NCBI RefSeq assembly: GCF_036971445.1
Contig: NC_091474.1
Location: 152,892,001-152,956,000 of the forward strand
DNA from: Narcine bancroftii
Taxonomy: Eukaryota
DNA length: 64,000 bases
Reading direction: 5' to 3'
Shown here: piece after piece, positions 12,291-26,700 of the stretch
Layout of the letters: each line of letters begins with the position of its first letter
Numbering within the stretch: the first letter of the stretch is position 1
Made by a program: the position numbers and the translations under genes
The notes under the pieces: generated by a model
Told to the model about the DNA's origin: nothing
Seen by the model: the letters and a program-made list of their open reading frames with translations, nothing else
The model's database searches: none

Positions 12291-15200
12291 AACATCGCAG
12301 CACAGAACAGGTCTTTCAGACTACAATTTTGGTCCAACCTATATACAGCATAATTTTTTTTAAAACTAAACCCTCCATACCTCATAACCTATTTTTCTTT
12401 CATCCATGTGCCTGCCTTACATACCCCTATTTTTTCAGCCTCCACCACCACTGCTGGCAATGCATTCCAGGCACCCACAACTGTCTGGCTAAAAAACTTA
12501 CCCCTGATGTCTCCCCTAATCCTTCCTTCTCTCTTTTGAATACATATCGTTCTTCTGGTGTACAGATTACTGATAATTAGAAATTCTGCCTAGCCCACAG
12601 GAAAAAGAATCTCAAGATTTTATATGATGTCATGTATGTACTCTGACAATAAACTTGATCTTTGAAGTCACTCTGAGCTTGAAATTGATCATCCTTAGAA
12701 CTGTTTTCATTAATAAATTCTTTGTGATTTCAAGGATCTCTACATCTTTCTTTAAATGCAGTAGTCAGAACTACATTTTCAGCCTAAACTGGTGTTTTTG
12801 TAAAGTTTCAACATAACTTCCATGCATTTATATTCAATGACTCTATTAGTGAAGTCTACCAACATATTTCCTTTCTAATCTTTCCCACAACATTCCCTGC
12901 CACATACAAAGATTGATGCACAAAAATTCAGAGGTTCCTGGACTCCCTTAGAACCATCCGATTTCGTTTATCTTATCTTTCGTCATTCCTTTTGCCAAAA
13001 TTTATCTCTTCACAATTCTCTGTTTTAAATCGTATCTGTCATTTACTTATGTATTATCCCAGGCTAACTGTGTCCTTCTCAATTTTTACTGCGCCGCCAA
13101 TTTTTGCATCTGCTTGTTTTAAAATACCTGAGCTAAGCCTAATGCCATATGCTCTTATTCAAGCCATTAATGCACATTTAAAAAGACAGCCACTGTCTGC
13201 TGCAGAAAATTATGTAAGCTTAGAGTTGCTTGGGATCAAAGTGAAAAAGAATATTAGGATAAGATGTTGGTCAGAATCCAACACCACTGTTCATCCCCAA
13301 AAAACTGTAATAACAGGTACATAAAACTGAGAAAAAAATGTAGGGTAATGCTGTAGGGAAATTCTGGGCAGTTATTAGAGGAGGTTATTATATCAGGCAC
13401 AACACTGTGAGCCGTAGGCCCTGTACTGTGCTGTAAATTTCTCTGTTCTCTGTCCTAAAATTTATTTTAGCGGCAGAACAATCAAAATGTAACTCTTAGT
13501 AGATTCACGCTGTATATTTTATAAAGCAGACTTGCATTACCTTCTGAAAGCAAAGGCAGGAGCCCAAGAAAGCCCTCTGAGGTAACTACCGCACTGGCTG
13601 AAACATGTAAGAACCCATAAGAAATTGAGTACATGGAGGACATTGCTCACTTTATTTTCACGTCTTTGATCCAGAAACCAATTGCATTTGTGAATGATGA
13701 GATGGCCATAATATATTATTTCCAGGCCAGAGCACATAAATTCATTGCAAAGATTGACAGTGATGCTTTACTGTCTGTTTAGCACTGGCATCATAGATGT
13801 GTTTCATCAATCAGAATATAAAAGTTATAATTGGGTTGGAAATACTGAAATAATGCAGAGGTTTTAAACTGTATGGGTCAAAAGAATGAAACCACAAAAT
13901 GAGTTGTTTAAAATAAATGCAGATACTGGAAAAATGAAAACTACAGAAAAGCCCTGGATATCTGCATTTTAAAAATGACTTGTCAGAACCATAGAACACT
14001 GCACCACAGAAGCAGGCCCTTCCGCCTAGTCCTATTGACCTGAAATAAAGCCCTCCATACCCTTCTTATCCATGTACCTATCCAATTTTTTTATTCAATG
14101 TTAAAATTGAGCCGACATTCACCTACAACAGATGTTAGTGCTTTGTAGAATAAATAATGATTGCTTTTATATTTGTAAGGTATGTAAGTTATACTACATG
14201 GCTTTAATTTTTTTCAGGTCTTCTGAAGTACATATGAGAATATCCAGTCAAAACAATCTTTCCAATCAGCTACAAAATAAGGGAAGTAAAGCTGGCGAGG
14301 AAAGCTTTGAAGAACAAGAAAGGCAATAAATGCATAAATTAATAGAAGACTGTTTGCTCTAACTGTGTTATTTCTCTGGTAGAAATTTACCACATCATTG
14401 TGCTGCAACAAACCCATTTGGGGTGGATTGAGCTTTTAATGATCATGGAGCATATTGAGGGAAAGTGATTACCAAGACGCCATGGATTGGAATTTAACAG
14501 GTTCACTCAAAACAAAATAGAGAAAATATAGAAATAAAAGGTATGATGTAATGGAAGATAAATATTTACAGAATAGAAAATCAATATATTATAAAAAAAA
14601 GGTGAAAGATTAAGAGTCAATATTGCAAGATACTTGGAATCAGGATTGAGCAGCAATCATGAAAATGATAAAATCCTGAATATTCTTAACTGGTCAGTCA
14701 GATGGTTGTATAAATTTATACAATTTGAAACAATAACAGTTAAGTAAGGTTAAAGATAAGGTTTCTAAAGAGGACACATGGCTTAGCTTTCTGCAGAACC
14801 CTAAACTTGGATTGAATTTATTCACAAGGTCTCCCGCTTGACCAATGTAACTTTGGGGGAAAACTGAAGAAATCTTTGAAATCACGGTAAATAACACTTG
14901 CAGGAAAACTGAGGATACAGCAAAGAACCAAAATGCATTTCGTAGTGTTGGAACTTTAAGCTCCTTCTGATTGGGTGAATTTAGAAAGGCTGAATCAATT
15001 TCCTCACCTGCAAAAAGTTGCAATCTTATGCAATTCAAGCAACAGTAATCACATTGGTCAGCTTGCAAGTGCAAAATTGATGAGTTCTCTGCCAGCTAGA
15101 GGCTGTAATAAAAATAAGAAAAACTTGGATAGAAGGTTAGGAGTAGAGAAAAGAACCATGGGATGGGATAGTGAAGGAAAAAAATAAAGAGGGATGTTGA

Positions 15201-15384
15201 ATTCAGGGTGGGGGTGTGGAGAGATGCATGTGGAAGCAGAGCAGTATGTGCAAAGGTCATTGTTAATATTGCTTATATAATTAATGTCACACACTATTAG
15301 AACGTGCTAATCTACTTGTTGAACAGAATGTTAAGAGTACAGGCTTTTCATCTTGGTTCTGCCATCTGCCTAAAACATATCAGA

Positions 15385-17310
15385 TTCAGATTTTAGGATT
15401 TATTGTCAGAGTACAAACATGACATCACCTACAACACTGAGATTCTTTTTCCTGCAGGTGTGGCAGAATTACCGTTTATTGGTGGTGCAAAAGAAAACTG
15501 TACTCAACATGCACAAGTAAACAAATAAAAATATGTATAAAAACTGACTGCAATCCAGAGTTGAAAAAAGTAAACAAAGTGCAAAAAGTAAGAGTCCCTT
15601 ATGTGAGTTTGTTGTTGAGGAGTCTGATGGTGGAGGGATAGCAGCTGTTCCTGAACTTGGTGGTGCAAAACTTGTGGCATCTGTTATGGAGTCCAGAGGA
15701 CCCCAAAACCAGCAGCAATGGATATTCACCACAACACAGGGTTACTTAAACAAAGGTAGTTTTTAATTATATTTGAACAAGAAAACAGAATTAAACTTTA
15801 ACATTACTTAACCTATTTACTTAACCTATCTAATCTACTTAATCCCCCCCCCCACCTCTAATACTAAGCACATGTGTGTGTAATGTGTATTTAAGATTAG
15901 AAAAGTTCTTTGGATCACAGCCCAATCTCACTCGTTACAGGCAAATTTTGAACTGTGCACAGAAGTTAGCATTAACGAAGTTCACCAGTCTTTGGTGCTT
16001 AACAGGCAAATGATTACCACTCAGAAGGGTTCTTGTTGGTCTTCAGAGAGAGATTCCTTTTGTTCCAGGACATCTGCACCTGATTCCTGTTTAATCAGTT
16101 TTGCTGATGAAACTTGCCCCCTTAAGGGTTCTCCAGAGATCCTCCTTCTTTCATGTCACCTTTCAGACAGCCAGCCTTCTCCTTTGACCAGACAGCCTTC
16201 CAAAGTTTGCCAGCTTTGTCCTTCTGAAACTGATTATTGTCTCCTTTCTGTTTCACACTCTCCCTCTTTGAGAGCAAAACTGTTCTTCTCTCTGCCTGCA
16301 AAGATCACATGCTCTCCCAGGCAAGCTGTATGTCGATACTTTGTTGCTCTTTGCAAAAAGCATTCTGCAAAAGTCTTGCAAATTCTGTGTTTTAACATGT
16401 TTGTGTGCAACCTGCTCTAACAATTCCTCCTGTCACACACCTAGACCTCTTTCCTGATGGCAGCAGTGAGAACTGAACGTGTGCTGGGTGATATGGATCC
16501 TTGATGATTGTTGCTGCTCTCCAATAGGAACATTTCCTTTTGATGCTCTTGATGATGGGGAGGGTTTTACTTTGATGTCTCGAGCTGTATCCTCTACTTT
16601 TTGCCATAACTCCAGGGTTATTGGTGTCCCAGTCAGCACACCTCCCACCACACATATATAGAAATTTCCCAGGGCTTCTGATGTCATATCAAACCTCCTG
16701 AGAATGTAGAGACACTGACGTGTTTTCTTCATGATGCCATTAGTGTGCTGGGTCCAGAAAAGGTCCTCCAAGATAGTGACTCCCAAGAACATAAATTTGC
16801 TCATCCACTCCACCTCGGATTCCCCCAATGATTACTGGATCATTGATCATCTGGTTTTCCCTTCCTGAAGTCAACAATCAACGCCATGGTTTTGATGACA
16901 TTCATTGGGAGATTGTTGTTGGTGCACCATTTAGCTAAGTTTTCAATCTCCCTCCTGAGTGCTGACTCATCACCACTTTTTATTCTACTCACTACTGTGG
17001 TATCATCAGTGAATTTGTCGATGGTGTTGTTGTCGTACTGAGCCACACAAGTCATAGGTGTAAAGTGAGTAGAGCAGGGGCTAAGAATGCAGCCCTGTGG
17101 TGCTCCGGTACTGATGGAGATTGTGGAGGAGAAGTTCTTACCAATGCTCACTGATTGTGGCCTGGAGGTGAGGAAATCCAGGATCCAATTACACAGTGGG
17201 TGTCGAATCCCAGGTCTTGTTTCCTGATCAATTTTGAGGGGATGGTGTTGAATGCCAAACTGTAGTCAATAAAGAACTTGTATGCATCTTTGCTGTCCAT
17301 GTGCATATAC
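15385..17310 (-). mobile_element. Rex1/Babar LINE RT-3' fragment split by a solo LTR
   Basis: ORFs 16840..17151 ([16 protein letters not shown]), 16433..16828 and 15469..15732. Confidence 0.87.
15682..16437. mobile_element. Solo LTR (about 756 bp)
   Basis: TG...CA ends, 4-bp TSD CATC/CACC; host sequence gtggcacctatacctc is restored on removal. Confidence 0.8.
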
Positions 17311-18207
17311 TGCAAATCATGCCTAAAATCATTATGCATAAATATGGATGCAAATTCATTTTCTCTGATCTAATTCCCAAGGTTATATCAGTGGAGTTAT
17401 AACCTTCTCTGAAAATTATGTTGTATTTTTGAATAGCTAAAAATGTATTAACTTTTGAAATTCAAATAAATGACTTTTCCACCATGTTACAAAGAATAGA
17501 ACACCAGAAATTCTGCAGCAATTAATTTATTAGTTTATTTGAAGATTATTCTTTGTGAAAATTTATGCTCTGTATTTCCAATATGGTCTTTGAAAATAAA
17601 GAATTTTAAACAAGGAATTCAGCAAAATTTAAACACTACTATACTTATTCTCCCAATACTTCTCATACAATAAAATTGTTTCAGTACTTGATTTGACTTT
17701 TAATTGAGTTGTTAATAAGGCTCATGCAATTTTATATCAACAATACACCACTGGAGAATATCTGGTTGAAAATAGAAATCCATTCAAAGTCCTTCAATTT
17801 ACAATCTCAAGGGGAAATCTGAGCCATACAGAAATTCCATCGGTGATGAGCGTATTCAGAACTGTTTTCAGTTTTGGAGTAAAAAGAAATTGGCTAGTTT
17901 GAATAGTTTCTGTGATTTTAGATTTGGATAACCAATTTGTCTGCACCTTGCATTTCATATGCAGTGTCAAGCAATCAGAAACAATGTGATTGGAGCAGCA
18001 GTCAAAAAGTGTGTGAGAAACTTTCTATTCTATACAGGTTACGCAGTATCCATTGAAATTAAAATGCAATTGATGCTTCAGGCCTGGAAATTGTTACTGC
18101 AGCAGAGGCAATTGTGGAGAAAGTAGACTGTGTACAAATCAATAGCAAAGGGCGAATATAAACTCAAAGTTAATTGTGGAGTTAGTGTGTTACTCTGATT
18201 CTATAGA

Positions 18208-18387
18208 ATCACTGTCAAAAGACAAAGGAGGAAAAACCCAACTCCAACCCATCCACTTTCCCTTGCAACCGCTGCAACCGTGCCTGCCTGTCTCGCATGG
18301 GACTTGTCAGCCACCAACGAGCCTGCAGCTGACGTGGACTTTTACCCCCTCCATAAATCATCGTCCGCGAAGCCAAGCCAAAGAAGA
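18208..18387 (+). mobile_element. Short RTE 3' fragment
   Basis: Same 3' end (cgaagccaagccaaagaag) as the other RTE copies; flanking ATAGAA repeat. Confidence 0.85.
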
Positions 18388-20615
18388 TAGAAATAAGATT
18401 ACTTGTAACTAATACAAAACTATTGTGAGGTAAATTTCTTTATCAGTTCATTGAACTTTGTTAATAATAATATAAAAGTTTAAAATTCATATAAAATAAT
18501 GTTTGGTCATGTTCTTAATGTGCAGCGAAATATGCCATTCAGCCATGTTTAATGAAAAATGTTACTATGTGAGGTAATAACCTATTATGCGTTTCCTTTA
18601 GTAGTATCATAGAGAGCAAAATATTCAATTTAAATAAAATATACTAAAAAAATTGCAAGGAAAATTAATTGTGTGTAGAGCTTTCAAGAGAACGCAATAT
18701 TTTTCTGCCCAAACCTGTATGCAAAATAACTGTAAGCACATATTTTCAGTCATGTAATAGTGATACCTTTGCAGGAAATTGCCTATGACTTAACGTGAAA
18801 AATAATAATCTCATACATGAGATGAAAACCCTCGATATGGCCTTTCAATGTTTGTGGGTGGAGTCATGAGCCTTTGCAATGGGTATAATGGCTTGTCAGT
18901 AAATACTCTGGCTCATTTCTATATCTGCCACGGACTTCCTTGCACCTTTCTTTTTGAAAATCCACTTTTCTGTTGCTTCTGTACACCTGTAAATGTAAGA
19001 CCCAGAACCCCAAAGTTTTTTAGTAAAGCAGAAAATACAAGGGATGGATTTAGGATGGGTCAGAAGGACAGGGATATTGACATAAGTTGCAGCAAAAGTG
19101 AGATACTTTTCTTAAACCTGCTTTGCCATTAAAATGTGGATGTGAGTGGAACTTCAAACTTGCTTTTCCGTCTATGTACCGAGATACAAGGTAAGCATTA
19201 ATTCACCCATGTGTTCGTTGATTGCATTTTTGAGCCTTTGGCTGCACTTGGCAAATTTGTAACTTTCAATTTTTTTTACATCAAAATTATGTTTTTTTCT
19301 GTTCAAAATATTTTTCCTACATTCCAGTGTGGCTGTTCACACACAAACCACCAAAACACAAAATCTCCAGTCCCTTACGTGATTTTACAAGAGAAGTGCG
19401 GTAAGTAAAGAGGCGGGACTTCCAAATACGGGCTCTATCATTAACCCATTGTTGCGGACAGCCTGCAGTTCAGTCTAGACTGTAGGAAGCCCGCAAAATT
19501 GTCTAGGGCTGCCACAGGAAAGATTTCGGAACGGGAATGAGTCATTAATTTCTGTTCTGAACTTTTTACACAGCCTGCGCTGCGGGAATTTTGCAATAAT
19601 TTCCCATTACGCACCAACTGTGAAAAAAAAAACCATAGCCGATACCTAAAGTGCAGATTAAAGTTACTGCAAAAATTCTCAAAAACTGTTAAATTAGAAT
19701 GTTGATTGTCCTATGGAATGTCATGAAATCAAAACTAGTTCCAGGAAATGGTTTTGGTTTGCACCTGAATGGCCAACCATTTCTTCCCACTATCTCTGAG
19801 ATGCCACTGGCACAAAAGAACATTTTCATGAGCAAGTACTGAATCCTTCTTGGATCCTTTTGTACTCATCAATCTTTCCAATGCATCCAGCATGTATTTG
19901 ATCTGCTATTTTACACAAGTTGTCTTTTGTACCTTTTCTTTTTAATTGAATCGAAGAGGAGTCTGTGTGGCTGCTGGAGCTGCTGGAGGCGAGTCCAAGG
20001 ACATTCAGTGACTCTGAAGGGTCTCTCCTTTGCTTCTCTTTCTCTCTTACCGTAAGGGGTGCCAGGCAACACTAATGGTCTGCTCAAGGAAGGCAGAAGG
20101 CAAGAATGTGTAATATTACATGCTGTATACTGTTAGATGACAGTAAAGGAGTCTTGAATCTTGAATCTTAATTGGCTTTCCTGTGATGTGACCTCTGTAC
20201 TGTTTTCTTGAAACATTTCTCAGCTCACCTAAACTTAATTTTTTATGGTCCTGAACTCCATTAGTATCCCATCCATGTATGTAGAGTCTGGCTGGGATCT
20301 CTAACTCTGAGATGAGGTTCTGAATAAATTCACACAAACTCCATTGCTGCAAACAGGAATGATGATTTAAAAGCTTCAGACAAGAGTTTGATAACAAGTT
20401 GACCCACTATTGCCATCCATCTATTATATACTCTATTATATACTATAATGATGAAAATTAGTCATGTCTGATGTGATTAAACACAAATATATTCCAAACT
20501 TAGAATTGCCATTGAATACAAAAGTTACACTATCCCAGCAAATTCTTGCAAAGTATGAAAAGATTTGTATATTAGTGGAAAAGTCACTTTATGAACAGCT
20601 TGACACCCTAATGCT

Positions 20616-20769
20616 TTAATTTTGTCTTCTTACAAGCATGTTAATAATTGCAATAGTCAAGGCCAGTACACCTGCAGTGGCACCAATCATAACTCCAAAG
20701 AGAGTACCATGAACCTGCACTCTCTCACAACGATCACCAAAGTGTTGGTGTATCTGAGTCGATGCACAC
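20616..20769 (-). CDS. MEP1A: MEP1A exon 14, EGF end, transmembrane helix, short tail and stop
   Basis: [50 protein letters not shown]; strong ttccttttcag acceptor. Confidence 0.94.
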
Positions 20770-23700
20770 CTGAAAAGGAACCACATTGCAGAGTATTACA
20801 TAGCATTAAAGCACAAACAAAGGCCATTAGTCCAACAGTTCAATTCTACTGCCTATCTCCTCCCTTCTGCCAGCATCCAAGCCATCAACACATCTCTTCC
20901 AAACCCTAGGTTTAACAATGAAAAATGTTCTCTACCACACCAATGGTGCAAGTCTGAGAATATGCTTCCAGATTATGACCAGCAGTTTTACCCAGTGACC
21001 CTGCTCTAGATGAGTCATTTTTGAGGTCACAATTAATTATTTTTGATCATACTAATGTTCATGTTCTGAATCCTATTTGAATTTGAAATCAGGAAAGGGT
21101 ATCAGGCAACAGAGTGTGGAGGTAATTTGGGGCAGGAGGGCTATGCCACCAACATGAGTTATAATGTGTGAATGGCTGGGATATTTTCCCCTGGAGCAAA
21201 GTAGTCTGATGCGTGACCTTATAGAGGAGCATAGTTAGGATAGATAGTCAGAGCCTTCTTCTCAGGGTGGACGGATACCCCCCCCCCCCCCCACTTATCT
21301 AATACCAGAAGGAAATGATTTAAAGTGAGAGGAAAATATTTAAAGAGGAATTGAGGGGTAGGTTTTTTTTACACAAAAGGTGGTGGGTTCATTGAATGAG
21401 TGAGGAGAAATTAGAGGCAGGTACAATTACAACATTTAAAAGACATTTGGATAGGTACATGGATAGGAAAGGTTTTCGAGAGATATGGGCCAAGTGCAGG
21501 CAAATTGGATTAGCATAGATAGACATCTTGGCTGGCGTGGATGAGTTGGGCCAAAGGGCCTGTTTCCATGCTGTATAATTCTATAAATCTAATTTTTATT
21601 AAAATGGATCTGCATCCTATTTTCATGTGGTGAAGTACATTCAGATATAATTGAGACTGGCTTTCATCAAGAAACCATTTTCAATTCAAAAGTTGGCAGA
21701 TCATTTCTAGGCAACAAGTCTTACAGTTTATGGTGCTCTTGTATAAAATGAGTCAGAGAAGTCAGATTTCAGAGTCCTTACTGAGTCAGGAAGTAATTAT
21801 ATTATACACCAGTCAGATGTTAACTACTTTCCAGCCTCAAAGTACCCGCAGTTAAGTTGAAGAAGCTTCACCTACCTGCACCTTGCTTTCCCATTCTCAA
21901 TAACACATAATCCACCATTCAGACAATAGCCAGGGCTGCACTTCTCACTTTGTAGCTGATGATTTTCCAAGTATTCAGTCTGTTCAGCTGCTCGACGATG
22001 CCTTGCTGGAAGGCTGGGACGATGAACTGGCACTTCAGTATTGATCAGAGGAGTCAAATCTTTCAAAAAGAAAAAGATTTGTTGAGTTCAATGTTTGATT
22101 TGCACCTTTTGATAATTTTATCCCCTCCCTTATAGCTTCATTGCTTTCCTAAGTTAATCTCCTTGACGTTTGCTCCATTGGCCAACAGCCCCTCTTTTCA
22201 TCTTTTACAAGTAACAGGTTAAACAGGAATCTGGCTATGGAAAGAAAAATGCATTAAAAATGTGGCTTCCATCACATCCAAGATTTATTATCACCATTAT
22301 TATGCATACAAGACAATCTGGAGAATAATAAGGATTATAAACAGTGCCTAATCTATCCTACCCCATCCGGGGACAAGTTCAACAAACACGAGAATGTATG
22401 TGCCCCTCCATGATTTAGAGAGCAGCAACGTATCTAGCAGTCATTATTGTTGATGTGATCCCATGTGGCCCTGACTCAGAAACCACATCATGCTTGTAAG
22501 TTTGGCAAACAGCAATAGCTCCAGTTAACTCCAAATATAGTGCAAAATGATCGGGAAATGGTCGGTATCATACTTCATTTAGTAAAAAAGGATTTGAAAT
22601 GCTTTATGCCAAAAAGTTGAATTTCTAGGGATAAGAGTTCATACATCAGTATTACATATAAAGGAATTCCTAAGATTATTCATTTAAATGTTAGTAATTT
22701 CAAAATCACCACTAAATTATTCTCTATTATACCGACAGCCTCATTGCGAGTCAATATTTATATTCCAGAACAAACAAGTCCCAGTGTCAAGCCATGCCAT
22801 AGCACAAATCTCTTGCCAAATTTCTGATTTCCCTTCTAATTTATGTCTTTATCATTATGTGCTTCCACAGCTAAAACCACTCTTCATAATGAAATGGTGA
22901 TGCCCAGGATGAAAAGCTGGCCGGTGCCCCTTGCCACTGGGGCAACTCTCCCAAAGTGCCTGGTAAAACTCTTTTATCTTTATTAGCATTAGATATATCT
23001 GTAAACTTGGGGGAGGGGGGTTAATTATGGTGGCGGCACAGTTAGTGTAACAGCTAGAGCAACGCTGTTATAATGCCAGCAATCAGGGTTTGAATTTAAA
23101 TTTTGTAAGTTACGGGAATTACATAATTAAAGTGAACTTTACATAATTAAAGGCTGCAATACTGATTTTTTTCCCCCAAATTACTTTACATTTTGCACTG
23201 TCTTTTGACTTTTAAATAGTGTATTCTTAATACAGGTATTGGAAGATTGAGGCTCTGTCAACCAGAAAATTTGCATTTCTGGTATCTGCTATCCCCATAG
23301 GTGTCAGATAATGGGGATTTTACTATACATAAACATCAGCACATGTAAAGAAGTGATTGGAGGTGGACTCTCACACATACATTTTTCTCTCCAGGTTGTG
23401 ACAGTAATTATTCATAATAGAGAACATTAATTGTTTAGCATTTTTTTTAACAAGACAAAATTAAAAGGAAAACTTACAATCGTTTCACACCATCACTGAG
23501 TTTTGCTGCCCAAGGCAATAGATGAGAGAACTGGTTGTGGAGGTCAGAGGGTCCAATCACAGTCTTTGAAATTTTACAGTCATTAGTTTTAATGAAACAC
23601 ACCCAGCAATAATATTTAGCTTAGAAATTTCTCATTTACCTGTTTATTTGAACTGGAAACCCTTGCTAAGAGTTTTCCTCATTACTTTGACTGTAATCAC

Positions 23701-26700
23701 CATATTAAATGAGCACAGAATTTCTCTGTAAGAAGCTCTAAATACTTTTAAATTAAATGAGTAAAGTCCCACTCTTATTATTGTAACCACAAACAGAAAT
23801 AAGCTTTTTAACCAGATTTGAACTTTGGGAAGGAATGTTAACCATCAAAGAAAGAGAAAATACAAGAAACATTACCATTGAACTCAACAAAAATAATGAG
23901 GTTGCCATCTTTTAAGAAACTTTTACGATGAAGTTGCTTATGTGATATGAATTTTGACCATCCCCATGATCTACTTCGGTAACAGTTGCAGTCTGGATCA
24001 TAGAAACCAGTCAATGTAGGCTTGTCCCAAAAGAAGGTATCATTTCTTTCTGTAATGAAATTGATAAAGTTTCATACATAGTAAATCAGTTCTAAATAAA
24101 AAAATCAGGATGTAGAATCCTGTTTGTGGGAAATTTAAAGCAATTCCAGTCACACAATAGCATGCCAGTTTTCAATTTCACAAATAATCTGGGTTTTACA
24201 TTATTATTTTTAAAAATCATTTGGTTAAACTTTGGAATTAAAAAGTGCTGATTTATTTGATTCTAAAACTATGGTTGCATTTGACCTTTGGATATTGCGC
24301 TTATAATAGTATATTGCAAATTTTTTTCATAGATTACTGAAGAGAAATAGAAAATGAAATTAATATATGTATTCTTATAAAATGTAAGATTAAGGATATT
24401 TTATTAGAATAATAGTTCAATACAATTCAATATTCTATCACAGCAACACCCAATTTACTTGATCTAAATGTGGGTCCCATATATCATCTCTGAATTCACC
24501 AGCTTGCTTTTCATGGCAAAATGTATAATTTTATTGTAATTACTTTATCAAAATTAGCACAGTTAGTGTTACAGTTAGCATAATCCAATTACAGAGCCAG
24601 TGACCTGGGTTAGAATCTGGTGTTGTCTGTAAGGAGTTTGTACATTCTCCCCATGTCTCTGTGGGTTTCCTCCGGGAGCTCCAGTTTATCTCACCCTTCG
24701 AAACGTACAGGGTTGTAGTGGTTTGCAGGTTAATCGATATATTTGGGCAACACTGGCTCATGGGCCAGAAGGGACAGTTAATGTGCAGTAGGTCTAAATT
24801 TAAATTCTCAAAATTAAAAAGTAGGTGATTTAGATAAAAGCAACTAAAAATATAGAAGTGTTTGAAAATATTGCAGATAAATAATTCAAAATAAAGGAAT
24901 TTAACTTTCATTGTCATCCAATACCTTTGCCATTGATATCAATGCAGTCTCATATCCTGTGCTGGGTTAGAACTGGTGCGGGATCCAAGAGGAGTTTCAA
25001 AATGTAATGATAGGAGAATCCTAGCAACACTGTATTCCACTGCTAACTCCCAATGGAGGACAGCAGCAGGGTGAATGGACAGATTTGAGGTATGTGCATA
25101 AGACTAAGAGTTAATGAACTTTAAACAGCTTACCACCAGCAGTTTTATGCCCACCCATTGGTTCACTTCCTGAGCCATGAGAACCAATTATCAAATATCT
25201 CAATGGCCTTGAACCCAACTATCTAGTTCCTCTGGAATGTATTGATCTACTTTTCTGCCATGATACTCTGAATAGCATGCTCACTTTATGCTTATCTTAT
25301 CACTTGGCCAACTCTTCTACATGAATGCACGCCAATCTCATCCTTGATTCTCTAGTAGTGTTCCTTCCTGATTCCCATGTTATCCAGGGCCTACGAGGAT
25401 CTCTAATAGGCCTCTGTAACTCCACACCACACCTGATTCAGAATCATGATCAATAACCATTCAATTAAAAAAATGAAGACACGTGGCAATGTTTAAGCAA
25501 TGATTTCAGAGACAGAAGGATGAATAAGAGACAACTAGATCAGAAGTCAGAAGAGTTAAAGATGTTCTTTTGAAAAGGGAATAGAATTCCCATAATTCAA
25601 GAGAAGAACAATAATGAAAACAAACATTGCAGGAGACGGTAAGACTATTTGATTAAATAAACACCGAATACACAAAGGCCCATTTGGGAAAGTAAAAGTA
25701 ATTTTTACCCTAGTTAGCATTCTATGTGACTTCAGATCTACACCAAAGTGTTTGATTATTAATTATCTATTTTCCTGGGGATGATTACAGATAGGCAATA
25801 AACAGTGGCCTTGCACAATTTACAAACAAATAGATCAAAAGCAAAGATCATTGAGTATTCAATAGGTTGGTGGGAATAGGTAAAAAAGCTGGAGACAAGT
25901 ACTAGGTAACAAGTACTCGATGAACATGGAGTACATATGATTCTGAAATAGGCAAACTAGTGAATGATGTCAAATTGGATAGGGTCTTTCTATATGAAAC
26001 AAAAATATATTTTTGTCTTCAATTATTGTTGCCTGATTATTTTCACTCATGAAGCACAAAATTACTTTGATATTTTCTCACATGGATATGATTATGTGAT
26101 ATTTCATATTAACTGAGAAAAAGGAGAGACCTTTTGGTTAAATGTGCCTGTCTATTCTGCTGGGGTCCAAACAGAACTTTTATGATGCTTGCATTATAAC
26201 AGAGATTTTGCATTTTATTTCCTCACCTGATATAACAAGACTTCCATTTGTAGTAAAGCTTTGAGTGGATGACATTCTAAGTTTCATATCAGGATCTTGA
26301 TCCATTATTGTAACGATGGCCTGTCTGTTTCCAGCTGGCCATTCAAGAATACCATCATTTTCACCACTGCACAGGTGGAAAAAGAGTCCTGTGTAATTTT
26401 TATCATAGTAATTAGGATATAAAACTAAGCCATATTTATATCCTTCTGGGCTAGTGAAGCATGGACTGTTTATGGTCTCATTATATTTCATATCTTGAAG
26501 CTTGCTGGTGAAGTTCTTCACATGCCAGACACCATAGGGGCATTTGGTCTCAGTAAAAGTGATATCATCCAGGAAAATACCACCTGGAGAATTATTGGAG
26601 TTGCCAATTATTCCTTGGAAAACATAACGCAACTTGGCTGTCGCATGAAAAGTCACATGAGCGATGTTCCATGTATGGGTGCCATCAGCTAAAGAACAAA

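Noticed and set aside
14218-14329. Plus-strand exon-like stretch after ttttttcag (SSEVHMRISSQNN...QERQ*)
   Set aside because: No homology recognised and no partner exon found.
24550-24810. tRNA gene
   Set aside because: tRNA-like head is degenerate and continues into a SINE core; no cloverleaf evident.
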